A DNA stretch of 64,000 nt from Nitrospinota bacterium (GCA_009873655.1 WAIB01000005.1:54689-118688), one strand, 5' to 3'; positions 1 through 9,587 are shown, counted from the first letter of the stretch. Translations and numbers: made by a program. Notes: generated by a model not told the origin, from the letters alone.

Positions 1-319
1 GATATAAACTCCTGGCCTCATCGGGAGGGGCCGCATTGTCAAATCCGGGTCGACGGCCTTTACTGCAATCTCCCGCCAGCGTAAATTGCGAAACAACCAG
101 TACTTCGCCGGAAATATCCAAACACGAAAGGTTCATCTTTCCTTTTTCATCAGAGAAAATCCTCAAGTTAAGGATTTTTTCCGCAAGGAATATAACTTTT
201 TCCTCGGTATCGTTTTTTTCAGCACCAAAAAGGACGAGCAGTCCCCTGCAAATGGCCGCAACATCTTTTCCTCCTACCCTTACCGAGGCTTGTGCCACTC
301 TTTGTAAAACGATTTTCAT
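1..319 (-). CDS. dtd: D-aminoacyl-tRNA deacylase (Dtd), N-terminal part only; the C-terminus lies beyond the left window edge
   Basis: Not in the ORF track because it is open at the window edge. My minus-strand translation from ATG (complement of 317-319) gives [102 protein letters not shown]... It carries the Dtd hallmarks RIF.D..GKMN and SQFTL. Track ORFs 36..326 and 86..307 (+) are its shadows. Confidence 0.85.
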   Translation of the reverse strand, partial: MKIVLQRVAQASVRVGGKDVAAICRGLLVLFGAEKNDTEEKVIFLAEKILNLRIFSDEKGKMNLSCLDISGEVLVVSQFTLAGDCSKGRRPGFDNAAPPDEARSLY

Positions 320-345
320 TTATTGAACGGAAATATAAATGGGGT

Positions 346-522
346 TTAACGGGCACGGAAAATCCGTTTGTCTGTACCATCGGGACCAATGGTGACTTTT
401 ATCTCCCCAAAACATTTGGGGCATCGGCCTTCATATGCATTACCGCCCTTATTAATATAGATCCGGCGATAAACATTACAGCACTCGAACATGATCCCTA
501 AAAATTTCTTGTTTTTTTCCAT
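346..522 (-). CDS. small (58 aa) Cys-rich putative zinc-ribbon protein
   Basis: Below the 60-aa track cutoff and found by reading the minus strand, from ATG (complement of 520-522) to TAA (complement of 346-348): MEKNKKFLGIMFECCNVYRRIYINKGGNAYEGRCPKCFGEIKVTIGPDGTDKRIFRAR. It has CC...CPKC cysteine pairs and an AAAGG Shine-Dalgarno about 4 nt upstream. It sits 24 nt after the TerB-like gene and 26 nt before dtd on the same strand. Confidence 0.5.
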   Translation of the reverse strand: MEKNKKFLGIMFECCNVYRRIYINKGGNAYEGRCPKCFGEIKVTIGPDGTDKRIFRAR

Positions 523-546
523 TAGCCTTTAAGATTAAACGGCCTG

Positions 547-1449
547 TTAATTCTTCAAACCTTTTCTGGCCCGCACCTTGGCCTGTATAAATATATTATG
601 CGGAATTCGCAGCGCTTTGGTGATTCGTCTGATTTCTTCAGTTTCCTCATGTGCCATTTCGCCATCGGCAGCGGCTATTGCAAAAAGACAATCCATTAAT
701 TGCAGCCTATCATTGTAGGAAGTCAACCGGTTGATTTCAGTTACCACCTCGTGAAAATCAAAGCCCTTTCTTCCCTGTTCTTCCACCACCTCAAAAAGCA
801 TAGCCAACTCATTTCCCTTGAGTTCAAATTGCTTCGCAAGGCATGCTTTCAGGGCCTTCTTTTCAGATGGGTCCAGATGATTATCCACATGGGCAATAGA
901 AGCCAGCAATGTCCCCACCAGGCAGAGAAAATAAAGTTTATCTTCAGGTAGTCGGGAGGCAACTCCTGAATGCGAACTTTTCAATTCTATTTTCTTTAGA
1001 ACCCGCCTTTTAAAATATTTCTCCATATCAGGGTTCGGATCCCGGGCGTGTTCGAATATGGTTTTTTGAAACAGGTTTCGGATTCGTCCCAACGATCTTT
1101 TGGTGAAAGAAGATTTACCAAGCCATTCTGAAAACTGATCCACCAGTTTCCGCTCATCCCCTTTCATCCTTTTATGGACCTTGACCATATTTTCCAGGGC
1201 CGCAACAATTTCTTTTTTTTCGGAAGGTGTAGAGAGCTCAGAAATCATCTGGCGATACAATGAATCTTTTTCTTTTTTTGAAATGGGTGCATGGAGATAA
1301 GGTTTCAACTCATCGAGCTCATGCCTGGAAAGATCGAATTTTCTGTAAAAAGATTTCAGAATATTAAGTTCAGACTGGGTCACTTCGCCATCCGCCCAAG
1401 CAACCGTTGTCAAAACCTTGAGAAAAGTTAATTTTTTAAATCTCGACAT
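547..1449 (-). CDS. TerB-like (tellurite-resistance / DjlA N-terminal type) two-domain protein
   Basis: Track ORF of 300 aa. The TerB-family signature occurs at both ends: VLTTVAWADGEVTQSELNIL and LFAIAAADGEMAHEETEEIRRI. Confidence 0.7.
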   Translation of the reverse strand: MSRFKKLTFLKVLTTVAWADGEVTQSELNILKSFYRKFDLSRHELDELKPYLHAPISKKEKDSLYRQMISELSTPSEKKEIVAALENMVKVHKRMKGDERKLVDQFSEWLGKSSFTKRSLGRIRNLFQKTIFEHARDPNPDMEKYFKRRVLKKIELKSSHSGVASRLPEDKLYFLCLVGTLLASIAHVDNHLDPSEKKALKACLAKQFELKGNELAMLFEVVEEQGRKGFDFHEVVTEINRLTSYNDRLQLMDCLFAIAAADGEMAHEETEEIRRITKALRIPHNIFIQAKVRARKGLKN

Positions 1450-1509
1450 TTGAATTCCCTAAAGGATGAATTGAAAATTTGAAAAACTACGGAATATCTC
1501 TGAAGATTT

Positions 1510-2778
1510 CTAATCTAACCGGTTCAGCCATAACCGGGAAGATTTTCGAGACCATGCAAAGAGGTCAAGAAACCGGTCCCGGTTGATATCACCGAACGTC
1601 ATTTGGTCAAACATTTTAAAACGCGGTAAACGGCGCATGGTTTCATCGGAAAATTGCCACTTCCCTCGTCCCTGCAGATAATAAACCCCTTCGGCTGTTA
1701 AGATCAAGGCATCAGGACGGGTATTCCCATTTCCATCAAGAAGATAAACTTTTTTTGAAGGGACGCGTGGAAGGGTTTTATGAGACCGCTTTCTAAAATT
1801 TCCTCCCCCCGTATTTTCAAGAAAATAATTTGTTTCCTTGTTATGCCCTCGATATATTTTATGGATGGAGCGGTTAACCACTAAAAGATCATTATCTCCA
1901 TCCTGGTCGAAGTCAGCCCAATCGGCATGCATGCTATCATCCAGGATACGGGGTATGTTTGATGAGGTCCGGTCAGAAAATTTTCCCACACCATTATTAA
2001 TTAATAGCCGGTTTTGCCCTTTGCTGTAAACCAGGAAAACATCCACGACCCCATCACCATCGTAATCTGCAAACGAAGCATCTCGAATTCCGGGAGGAAG
2101 TTCGGGCATTAACAAAGAGGTTAAATTCTCAAAATTCCCCTTCCCCTTATTGATCAACAGCATGGTTTGGTATTTATTTTTAGCGGGTGATTTTAAATTA
2201 TTTCCAAAATAAAACAAATCCTTGTCACCATCACCATCCAGGTCCACGGGGACCACATTTTGGATTCCAGAACGGAGATCATAGACCCCCTCTTTTTCTT
2301 TGGGATAAAAATAACCTTTTTTGTTATTAATAAGAATTCGAGTTTTTGGATTTTCACTGCCACCCAGGATTAAAATCAAGTCATCTCCACCATCCCTGTT
2401 CAAATCTGCGGCGGCAAAAAAGTTTATTTTCTCTTTATTGTTCCGGGTCCATTGACCTGCCGGATTTTTCAGGAATCCCTTTTTCCCCTGGTTCAAAAGT
2501 ATAAAAAATTCCTGTTGGGATTGGCTTAATATCGCAAGATCATATCTGGAGTCCTGGTTCGCCCTTAGAAAACTGGCCTGAGCAACGGATATTTTTTCAA
2601 TTGGGAAAAGGCGGGTCGCATCACGAAACCTCTGGCTTGCCGGATTATCTGCGACATGGGGCTTCGGTCCGCCACAAGCGGAAAGGAAGAGAATAAACAG
2701 CAGTCCTGAAACCAGAGGATTAATCAAAAAGGGAAGGAGGCAGCTCTTTTTCTGACAGGTCGATTTGCAGGCCTTCAT
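1510..2778 (-). CDS. FG-GAP/VCBS-repeat lipoprotein
   Basis: Track ORF of 422 aa with a signal peptide and lipobox (FLSAC). It has repeated Ca-binding-like FG-GAP motifs: DLNRDGGDDLILI, DLDGDGDKDLF, DYDGDGVVDVFLV, DFDQDGDNDLLVV. The annotated start overlaps the upstream gene by 59 nt, so the true start is uncertain. Confidence 0.75.
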   Translation of the reverse strand: MKACKSTCQKKSCLLPFLINPLVSGLLFILFLSACGGPKPHVADNPASQRFRDATRLFPIEKISVAQASFLRANQDSRYDLAILSQSQQEFFILLNQGKKGFLKNPAGQWTRNNKEKINFFAAADLNRDGGDDLILILGGSENPKTRILINNKKGYFYPKEKEGVYDLRSGIQNVVPVDLDGDGDKDLFYFGNNLKSPAKNKYQTMLLINKGKGNFENLTSLLMPELPPGIRDASFADYDGDGVVDVFLVYSKGQNRLLINNGVGKFSDRTSSNIPRILDDSMHADWADFDQDGDNDLLVVNRSIHKIYRGHNKETNYFLENTGGGNFRKRSHKTLPRVPSKKVYLLDGNGNTRPDALILTAEGVYYLQGRGKWQFSDETMRRLPRFKMFDQMTFGDINRDRFLDLFAWSRKSSRLWLNRLD

Positions 2779-3616
2779 AAGCGGCTATACTTTTGGAAAA
2801 AAGTTGGCGTGCTTCGGCTTCAATTTTTCCAATAGAGTCATCATTGTGAGTGGGATCATGGTGAAACAAAACAAATTTTTCAACATTTGCGGCTTCCGCA
2901 ACCTTGAGACCTTCCCGCATCGTGCTGTGCCCCCAGCCCTTTCTGGAAAATTCGCCATTTAATCCATAATACTCATCTTCCGTGTATTGAGAATCGTAGA
3001 CGAGAACATCGGCATCGCGGGAAAGATCAATCAAATTTTTATTTGGTTTATCCTCATAATGCTCGCAATCGGTTGCAAAAACAAGAGACTGGTCTTCATG
3101 GTCAATCCTGTAAGCATAACATCCGTTGGGATGATAAAGGGGAGCGAGTGTGATCTTATAATTCTTACCTTCTATAACTTCATCGGGCTTCACATCTTGA
3201 TAAGAAATTTTAGAACCAAACAAATCTGTTTTCACAGGAAAACAGGGCGGAGTCATCTGCTTACTCAGCACCTCCTCTATGGGCATGGGGAGGCTGGTAC
3301 CTCCAAACACCCTAAACTCGTTTCCGGGAATGAAAAACGGGGTAAAGAATGGAAACCCCTGAATATGGTCCCAGTGAACGTGGCTGAATAAAATAGTCCC
3401 TTTCACCGGCAGTTCTTTCATTAAGGCTGCTCCCAAATTTCGAAAACCGGTGCCTGTGTCTATTATAATCAACTCCTCTTCACACCGGATTTCCACGCAG
3501 GTCGTGTTTCCCCCAACCCTGGCTGTTTCGGGGTTTCCAGAAGGGACACTGCCACGAACCCCCCAAAATTTTATAAACACGATAAAATCCTTGAATATGG
3601 TGTCTGAAAAAAACAA
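2720..3616 (-). CDS. MBL-fold metallo-hydrolase
   Basis: Track ORF of 298 aa with the HxHxDH motif (SHVHWDH) and an N-terminal KFWGVRGS motif typical of this MBL subgroup. Confidence 0.8.
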   Translation of the reverse strand: MFFSDTIFKDFIVFIKFWGVRGSVPSGNPETARVGGNTTCVEIRCEEELIIIDTGTGFRNLGAALMKELPVKGTILFSHVHWDHIQGFPFFTPFFIPGNEFRVFGGTSLPMPIEEVLSKQMTPPCFPVKTDLFGSKISYQDVKPDEVIEGKNYKITLAPLYHPNGCYAYRIDHEDQSLVFATDCEHYEDKPNKNLIDLSRDADVLVYDSQYTEDEYYGLNGEFSRKGWGHSTMREGLKVAEAANVEKFVLFHHDPTHNDDSIGKIEAEARQLFSKSIAAYEGLQIDLSEKELPPSLFD

Positions 3617-3681
3617 GACATACTGGATTAAAAACCGGTTTCTAAGGAAAAATTTTAGGGCGCATTATAAACAATCCTCAT

Positions 3682-4500
3682 TTAGGTAACAACCGTTTCC
3701 TCTTTTGTTAAAAAGGATACCAGCAAATCCGATTCCCTTGCACTTAACTGCCCCTCACTCCAATTGCCTGAAAAAGACTTTTGGAAACCTTTCAAAAACC
3801 ATTGAGTTACTTCATTATATTCCAGATTTTTTTTAAAAATCTGTTTTAGAGTTGTCGTTTTTGAAATCAGGGACTCCAATACGGCCTGCCTCTCAATTTC
3901 GGAAGGATACCTCAATAAGGCATGGGTTAATTGGGGGTTCATATCCAAAATAAGGGAACCATGCTGTAAAAATGCGGACCGGAGGCGACGTTGCGCACTT
4001 CCAATGAGTTTTTTCCCATCCACGATTATTTCGCAGTGGTTGGCCGCTGAAAAACAGGCTGGGGATCTCCCGGACTCAAAACCTGACTTTCTATCTTTTT
4101 TTCCGGCAATTTCGGCATTTTCAATTTTCCCTACCTTAAGAGATTCCAAAATGGCCTGGGATATCTTTCCAAAAGCACCTCTCAAACTACCCGGAAAAGC
4201 TTTGTGCGGTATGGGAGCAACCACACTATAAGTCAATTCGTATTGGTGCAGCAGGGCCCTTCCTCCCGTAAATCGCCGAACCACTGGAATCCTGTTTTTC
4301 TCACAGGATTCCAGGTCAATGTTTTTAGTCACATCCTGGGAATAACCAATCGAAAGTGTGGGCCTCTGCCACCCGTAAAGGCGCAATGTTGCGGGGGCGG
4401 CCCCTTCATTGCAGGCAATGAGAATGGCACGGTCTTTTGCCATGTTGAATTCTCCATCCCCTAAAGGGTCTTGGATTATCCTCCAGTTATTGGGATCCAT
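3682..4500 (-). CDS. lipoate-protein ligase / octanoyltransferase family protein (BPL/LPL catalytic domain)
   Basis: Track ORF of 272 aa with LRLYGWQRPTLSIGYSQ, VVRRFTGGRALLH and GKKLIGSAQRR (catalytic-Lys context), as in LplA/LipM-type enzymes. Confidence 0.75.
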   Translation of the reverse strand: MDPNNWRIIQDPLGDGEFNMAKDRAILIACNEGAAPATLRLYGWQRPTLSIGYSQDVTKNIDLESCEKNRIPVVRRFTGGRALLHQYELTYSVVAPIPHKAFPGSLRGAFGKISQAILESLKVGKIENAEIAGKKDRKSGFESGRSPACFSAANHCEIIVDGKKLIGSAQRRLRSAFLQHGSLILDMNPQLTHALLRYPSEIERQAVLESLISKTTTLKQIFKKNLEYNEVTQWFLKGFQKSFSGNWSEGQLSARESDLLVSFLTKEETVVT

Positions 4501-4566
4501 ATCGAGTTTTTCCGTTCAACAAAAAAATATTTTGACTCAATTGCCATCATTCTATACATAATAGGT

Positions 4567-5583
4567 ATGTTAAATAATATCCAGCAAAAACAAAAATTCA
4601 TTTTTACCTTGAGTTCCTTCCTTTTGCTCGCATTCGGGAATTTTTCATTTGCCTTTGAAAAATTTGGCGTATTAAACAATCAATGTCGGTCCACCTGCCA
4701 TCAAGCGGAACATATTAAACAATCCCGGCAGGACAAATTATCCAGGCCTGAATGCAAAACCTGCCATCTTGGAGTGGGTCCAACATCTCCTTTTTCTTCA
4801 GCCCAGAAATCGATTTTTCCGGCGGGAAAGGGACTGCTTTTAAAATCGCTGATACAGACCGTACCCGCAAAAAATAAAATTTCCACTCCAAAAAGAGGTC
4901 CTGTCAAGGAGATGGCCCTCATCCCCGAAGGCGAATTCGTTATGGGTTCCAATGAACGATGGGATGATGAAGCTCCGGAGCACATCTCTTTTACAAAAGC
5001 TTTTTACATGGACACCAATGAGGTAACCAATTCGGACTATAAAAAGTATGTAGACGCCGAAAAGCAGGAAGCCCCCTACCACTGGCCTGAGGGAAACATT
5101 CCGAAAGGGAAGGAACAGCATCCGGTGGTTTATGTGAACTGGTTCGACGCAAACAATTATTGCAAGTGGGCAGGAAAAAGGCTGCCCACAGAGCAGGAAT
5201 GGGAAAAGGCTGCGAGGGGTTTAGACGGGCTGATCTATCCCTGGGGAAATGAATGGTCACTGGATAAATCAAACAATCCTTATAAACATTCTACGGGAAC
5301 CGAGCCTATCGCATCCTACCCGGAAGGAAAGAGCCCGTATGGTTTGAATGACATGTCCGGGAATGTATGGGAATGGGTAGACAGTTACTACCTTCCCCAC
5401 CCTGGAAATCCGGTGACCCGGGCAGAATATGGCAAAGACAAAAGGGTCCTTAAAGGAGGGTCCTGGTTTGATTGCCTTTCATACGGCTGTGGCCTGAGTG
5501 CTCCCACATTCAACAGGAGTTTTTTCACTCCGGAGGTAAAAAACAACAGTTTCGGATTTCGGTGCGCTAAAGATGTGGAGTGA
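4567..5583 (+). CDS. secreted formylglycine-generating-enzyme (SUMF1/FGE-sulfatase) family protein with N-terminal CX3CH and CXXCH motifs
   Basis: The track ORF is 4471..5583, but the start at 4471 overlaps the divergent lipoate ligase gene. ATG 4567 gives MLNNIQQKQKFIFTLSSFLLLAFGNFSFA, a signal peptide. The FGE domain shows EFVMGS, NWFDANNYCKWAGKRLPTEQEWEKAARG, MSGNVWEWV, RVLKGGSW and GFRCAKD. The N-terminal segment is CRSTCH ... CKTCH. Confidence 0.75.
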   Translation: MLNNIQQKQKFIFTLSSFLLLAFGNFSFAFEKFGVLNNQCRSTCHQAEHIKQSRQDKLSRPECKTCHLGVGPTSPFSSAQKSIFPAGKGLLLKSLIQTVPAKNKISTPKRGPVKEMALIPEGEFVMGSNERWDDEAPEHISFTKAFYMDTNEVTNSDYKKYVDAEKQEAPYHWPEGNIPKGKEQHPVVYVNWFDANNYCKWAGKRLPTEQEWEKAARGLDGLIYPWGNEWSLDKSNNPYKHSTGTEPIASYPEGKSPYGLNDMSGNVWEWVDSYYLPHPGNPVTRAEYGKDKRVLKGGSWFDCLSYGCGLSAPTFNRSFFTPEVKNNSFGFRCAKDVE

Positions 5584-5641
5584 ATCTTGCTCCTATAAGA
5601 TAAAACATCATAAAATGGGAAGAAAGTCCCAGGAGCATTAA

Positions 5642-5797
5642 ATGGAAACACCGGAAAAAGAGCAAAAACCCAGACCCCAAATGCCGCCCGCCCCCGAGCG
5701 CGATCCGGGACCGGAAATCAGCCTTACCCGCAAAATTTTAATTGGGATTTTTATACTTGGGTTTTGGATTTTCTTCTACTGGTTTCGGGAACCCTGA
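5642..5797 (+). CDS. small (51 aa) Pro-rich single-TM protein (hypothetical)
   Basis: Below the track cutoff: METPEKEQKPRPQMPPAPERDPGPEISLTRKILIGIFILGFWIFFYWFREP. An AGGAG Shine-Dalgarno lies about 6-7 nt upstream of ATG 5642. No homology is recognised. Confidence 0.35.
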   Translation: METPEKEQKPRPQMPPAPERDPGPEISLTRKILIGIFILGFWIFFYWFREP

Positions 5798-5839
5798 CCA
5801 ATCATTCACCCTGTTCAGGAATAGTAGAATTTAACCGAC

Positions 5840-6643
5840 TTATTCAGACCGAAAACGTTTTTTGTTGAGGTTTTCGTTCCCCGCCAGTAAATCCAATGAT
5901 TCTTCATCTCTGGAAACCACGGCAATGCTGTCTTCGCCTGGAGGAAAAACAAGGACCGAATCCGGGTGTTTTTCTATCGGTTTCTTTGACTCCGTTGCGG
6001 GTTTAATCGGCTCCGGTTCAACGAGAGGCGGAGGCATTTTACCAAAGGCGACACGGGTCTCTCCGTAAATCAAATCTTTTGTATCCTTTGAATATTCCGC
6101 ATTTGGATCCAGGTGGTCAGCCGCACCAATCTGTTTAAGTAACGGAGGGGGTTCTCTCAAGTGAGAAGAATAGTCTACTTCAACTGCTGGCATTCTTTCA
6201 TGACCGAAGACCTCTATATTGAATCCACGGGCACCGAAAACCAAAGGCTTATCCTGCAGCTTTACCGTTTCCCTGACGCGTTTATCTTTTATTTCGGGTT
6301 TCTTCTCAAATTCGATTTTAAAAGTCTCAGGAACCGAATTTTCAAATCGGTTAAGGGATTGATAACCCTCATCTGCCTTGAATGCCGGCAATGGCGGAGC
6401 TCTTCGGGCAAATTTCACTTTTTTCTTTTTTTCCTGTTCCGGTTTCAATGCTGCGGATTTTTCGTATTGAGGGTCCGGGTCCAGCGGTTGCACGATGGTG
6501 AGGTCGGAACGCAATGTAATGGTTATCTGGGGCGGGGAATCGGGAATCTGTACCACCTCATCCTCGCTTTCCCCACAACCCAGGGACAAAGACAAAAACA
6601 GAACCGCTGCAAAAAATAGGGGTTTTCGGTAAAAAGAATCCAT
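5840..6643 (-). CDS. hypothetical lipoprotein, Pro/Lys/Glu-rich
   Basis: Track ORF of 267 aa with a signal peptide and lipobox (LSLSLGC). No recognisable domain. Confidence 0.55.
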   Translation of the reverse strand: MDSFYRKPLFFAAVLFLSLSLGCGESEDEVVQIPDSPPQITITLRSDLTIVQPLDPDPQYEKSAALKPEQEKKKKVKFARRAPPLPAFKADEGYQSLNRFENSVPETFKIEFEKKPEIKDKRVRETVKLQDKPLVFGARGFNIEVFGHERMPAVEVDYSSHLREPPPLLKQIGAADHLDPNAEYSKDTKDLIYGETRVAFGKMPPPLVEPEPIKPATESKKPIEKHPDSVLVFPPGEDSIAVVSRDEESLDLLAGNENLNKKRFRSE

Positions 6644-6823
6644 AATTTATCATCGTCAGATCACCCTAACTTCTTGAAGGATAGCAAATTCAAGCCTGAA
6701 CTGGGCAAAAACCTTGCCCGAAAAAAGCCTAATAACATTAAAATCAATACTTTACAAAATACCCAGAAACTGCTATCCTTCTCTAATCCAATCAATTTGT
6801 TTGTTTGCAAGAAAGGCATTTTC

Positions 6824-7036
6824 ATGAAAACGGGTTTGCGATCCCTTTTGGAACCACAAAAGGTCCAGTTTCTCAAAAGAAAGCTGGAGTTGGGAGAAAT
6901 CTCCCAGGAAGAATGCAAGGAAGTAATGAAAAGATTGATTTTGCAAAAATTTGATCGCATTCAAAACCGGAGCTTTCGAGCAAGCATTCTCGGATTTGGA
7001 CGTTCCCTGGAATCCAAATTAACAGCAAAAACCTAA
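6824..7036 (+). CDS. small SHOCT-like protein (hypothetical)
   Basis: Internal ATG of track ORF 6674..7036, with GAAAGG upstream. VQFLKRKLELGEISQEECKEVMKRLI resembles the SHOCT short C-terminal domain pattern (L..L...G.I..EEY...K..I). The support is weak. Confidence 0.3.
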   Translation: MKTGLRSLLEPQKVQFLKRKLELGEISQEECKEVMKRLILQKFDRIQNRSFRASILGFGRSLESKLTAKT

Positions 7037-7194
7037 ATTTGTCCCTGCCCTCTGCACCTCCCAATCCATAGATTCCAATTTCATCCAGCTTATTTTTTCA
7101 CCTTTTCGGATTGAGTTTTGTGGTTCACACCATCCAAGGTATAATCGCGTGAGAAAAAATTTTAAGGATCTGCGGAAATAACTAGCAAGGAGGA

Positions 7195-8274
7195 ATGATG
7201 GGCGACAAGGATAAAGCGCTGGAACTGGCACTCACACAAATCGAAAAACAATTCGGCAAAGGTTCCATCATGAAATTGGGGCAAGCCGAAAGTCAAAAAG
7301 GAGTGGATGTCATTTCTACCGGCTCTATTTCTCTTGATAGTTGCCTGGGAGTAGGCGGTGTACCCAGAGGCCGGATTGTGGAAATATACGGTCCGGAGGC
7401 TTCAGGAAAAACCAGTCTGACTTTACATATCATTGCAGAAGCCCAAAAAGCAGGAGGTGTTGCGGCCTTCATTGATGCAGAGCATGCACTTGATCCTGAA
7501 TATGCCAGAAACCTGGGTGTCAACCTGGATGATCTTCTTCTTTCCCAGCCAGATACGGGAGAACAAACTCTGGAAATCGCCGAAGTGCTTATCCGAAGCG
7601 GTGCCGTAGACGTCATCGTGGTGGATTCCGTGGCAGCTCTCGTTCCAAAAGCGGAACTGGATGGAGATATGGGTGATTCCCATATGGGGCTTCAGGCCCG
7701 GCTCATGTCCCAGGCCATGCGCAAACTGGCAGGTGTGATCAATAAATCGAACGCGTGCCTCATATTCATCAATCAGATCCGAATGAAAATCGGGGTCATG
7801 TTTGGAAACCCGGAGACAACTACGGGTGGAAATGCCCTCAAATTTTATTCGTCCGTACGGATTGATATCCGCCGGATAGCGGCTCTTAAAGACGGGGAAG
7901 AAGTGATTGGTAACCGAACCCGTGCAAAAGTGGTAAAAAATAAAGTCGCTCCGCCTTTTCGTAATTGTGAATTCGATATTATCTATGGCCAGGGTATTTC
8001 CAAAACGGGAGACCTTCTCGACCTGGGTGTCGCCAACGAAATCATAGCAAAAAGTGGAACGTGGTTTTCATACAAGGAAAATCGTATAGGGCAAGGAAGA
8101 GAGAATTCCAAACGCTTTCTTGCAGAAAACCCGGACATTGCCGGCGAAATCGAAAATCAATTGAGGCAAAAACTAGGCCTTTCCAAGGCAGAAACAATTC
8201 AGGCCGACGACCAAAATGAACCTGCTGATGAAGCGACCGGTACCAAAGGTAAAAAAGCCGGTAAAAGCAGTTAA
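7195..8274 (+). CDS. recA: recombinase RecA
   Basis: Track ORF of 359 aa. It has Walker [13 protein letters not shown] and canonical RecA sequence throughout ([46 protein letters not shown]), with an AGGAGG RBS. Confidence 0.98.
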   Translation: MMGDKDKALELALTQIEKQFGKGSIMKLGQAESQKGVDVISTGSISLDSCLGVGGVPRGRIVEIYGPEASGKTSLTLHIIAEAQKAGGVAAFIDAEHALDPEYARNLGVNLDDLLLSQPDTGEQTLEIAEVLIRSGAVDVIVVDSVAALVPKAELDGDMGDSHMGLQARLMSQAMRKLAGVINKSNACLIFINQIRMKIGVMFGNPETTTGGNALKFYSSVRIDIRRIAALKDGEEVIGNRTRAKVVKNKVAPPFRNCEFDIIYGQGISKTGDLLDLGVANEIIAKSGTWFSYKENRIGQGRENSKRFLAENPDIAGEIENQLRQKLGLSKAETIQADDQNEPADEATGTKGKKAGKSS

Positions 8275-8282
8275 TCGGCAAT

Positions 8283-8807
8283 ATGCCTGACCCTGAATCC
8301 TTCAAAAAAGCTAAAGCTCACGCAATTCGGTTTCTCTCTTATAGGGACCGCAGCAATTGGGAACTCGCTCAATATCTCAAGAAAAAGGAATATTCCCACC
8401 CCGTGATTCAGCAAACCCTCGATTATCTTGCGGAGCTAAATTACATTAATGACCAGCGGTTCGCCCTGCAATGGAGCCAATTCCAAATCAACAAAAAAAA
8501 AATTGGCAGAAGCCGATTGTATTTTGAGCTGTCCGGCAAAGGAATAGATAAAGCCCTCATTGAAAAAACTTTAAACACCATTTATGAAGATAACCCGGAA
8601 AAGGACATCGCGGCACAATGTGCACGTAAAAAATGGGTTTCTTTAAAAGGGGTGGAAAAAGAAAAGAAAAAACAGCGACTCGTTCAATTCATGCAAAGAA
8701 GAGGTTTCTCCTCGGATATTATTTACCAGTCTCTAAAGACATTAACTGAATCCGTTGATAGCGAAAACTACTTTACGCAGCTCCCTTCCGCCCATGACCA
8801 GGATTAA
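8283..8807 (+). CDS. recX: recombination regulator RecX
   Basis: Track ORF of 174 aa, 8 nt after recA. It shows the RecX three-repeat helical pattern (AIRFLSYRDRSNWELAQYLKKK..., INDQRFA). Confidence 0.9.
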   Translation: MPDPESFKKAKAHAIRFLSYRDRSNWELAQYLKKKEYSHPVIQQTLDYLAELNYINDQRFALQWSQFQINKKKIGRSRLYFELSGKGIDKALIEKTLNTIYEDNPEKDIAAQCARKKWVSLKGVEKEKKKQRLVQFMQRRGFSSDIIYQSLKTLTESVDSENYFTQLPSAHDQD

Positions 8808-8813
8808 CAGAGA

Positions 8814-9587
8814 ATGGAAATCATCAATTCACTTCCATTTCCTTTGATGGCAACCACCCTTTTTTTTCTCGGGCTTGCAATAGGCAGCTTCGCCAACGTT
8901 TGCATCTATCGATTACCAAAAAAGGAATCTATTGTATTTCCAAAATCGCATTGCCCGGCCTGCTCGGCTCCCGTCCGCCCTTTGGATAATCTTCCTGTAT
9001 TGAGTTATTTGATTCTTGGAGGAAAATGCAGGGATTGCAAAAACCGTATTTCCGCAATTTATCCTTCCGTAGAGGTTATCACCGGCCTGCTTCTTTTAGC
9101 GGGATATTTTAAATTCGGTCTTTCTTTTGATTTTTTAGTATACCTCGTGGTAGCGCCGGCATTGGTCATTATCACTGCGATCGACATTGAGCATCAGATC
9201 ATCCCTGACGTTATAACGCTTCCTGGAATTATTTTTGGCCTTGCAGCGGGAAGTTATTCGATAGGTTATTTCAACTCCTTCATGGGGTTTTTGGTGGGGG
9301 GTGGGCTATTCTACCTTCTGGCAGTTTTAAGTAATGGGGGGATGGGGGGAGGAGATATAAAATATATTGCCGCCGCAGGGGCCCTCGTTGGTTGGCAGAA
9401 GGTATTGCTGATCATATTTATTGGCGCTTTTCTTGGATCTTTTGTTGGATTATTTCAAATAGTCGTCCAGAAAAAATCCCGGAAAAGCCTTATTCCTTTT
9501 GGTCCTTTTTTAGCCGTCGCCACTTTGATCACATTGTTTTATGGAAATCTTTTGCTAAAATTGTATTTAGACAGTCTAACAAATTAG
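8814..9587 (+). CDS. pilD: prepilin peptidase (A24 family, PilD-like)
   Basis: Track ORF of 257 aa, 6 nt after recX. It has an N-terminal CPAC...CRDC zinc motif, is polytopic, and carries GGGDIKY around the catalytic Asp. Confidence 0.9.
   Translation: MEIINSLPFPLMATTLFFLGLAIGSFANVCIYRLPKKESIVFPKSHCPACSAPVRPLDNLPVLSYLILGGKCRDCKNRISAIYPSVEVITGLLLLAGYFKFGLSFDFLVYLVVAPALVIITAIDIEHQIIPDVITLPGIIFGLAAGSYSIGYFNSFMGFLVGGGLFYLLAVLSNGGMGGGDIKYIAAAGALVGWQKVLLIIFIGAFLGSFVGLFQIVVQKKSRKSLIPFGPFLAVATLITLFYGNLLLKLYLDSLTN

Noticed and set aside
36-501. Track ORFs 36..326, 86..307 and 292..501 on the plus strand at the left edge.
   Set aside because: They overlap the minus-strand dtd gene and the 58-aa zinc-ribbon ORF, which give convincing translations. 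The plus-strand products are Ser/Phe-rich nonsense.
6674-7036. The full-length 120-aa version of the ORF upstream of recA.
   Set aside because: The N-terminal 50 residues are Lys/Asn-rich low-complexity sequence with no RBS. Only the internal 70-aa SHOCT-like part, with a GAAAGG upstream, was kept, and that at low confidence.
7100-7150. A search for a LexA/SOS box upstream of recA; a GGTTCACACC string lies near a TATAAT at 7140-7145.
   Set aside because: No palindrome matching any LexA box class I know is present (CTGT-N8-ACAG, GAAC-N4-GTTC or GGTT-N10-ACC types).
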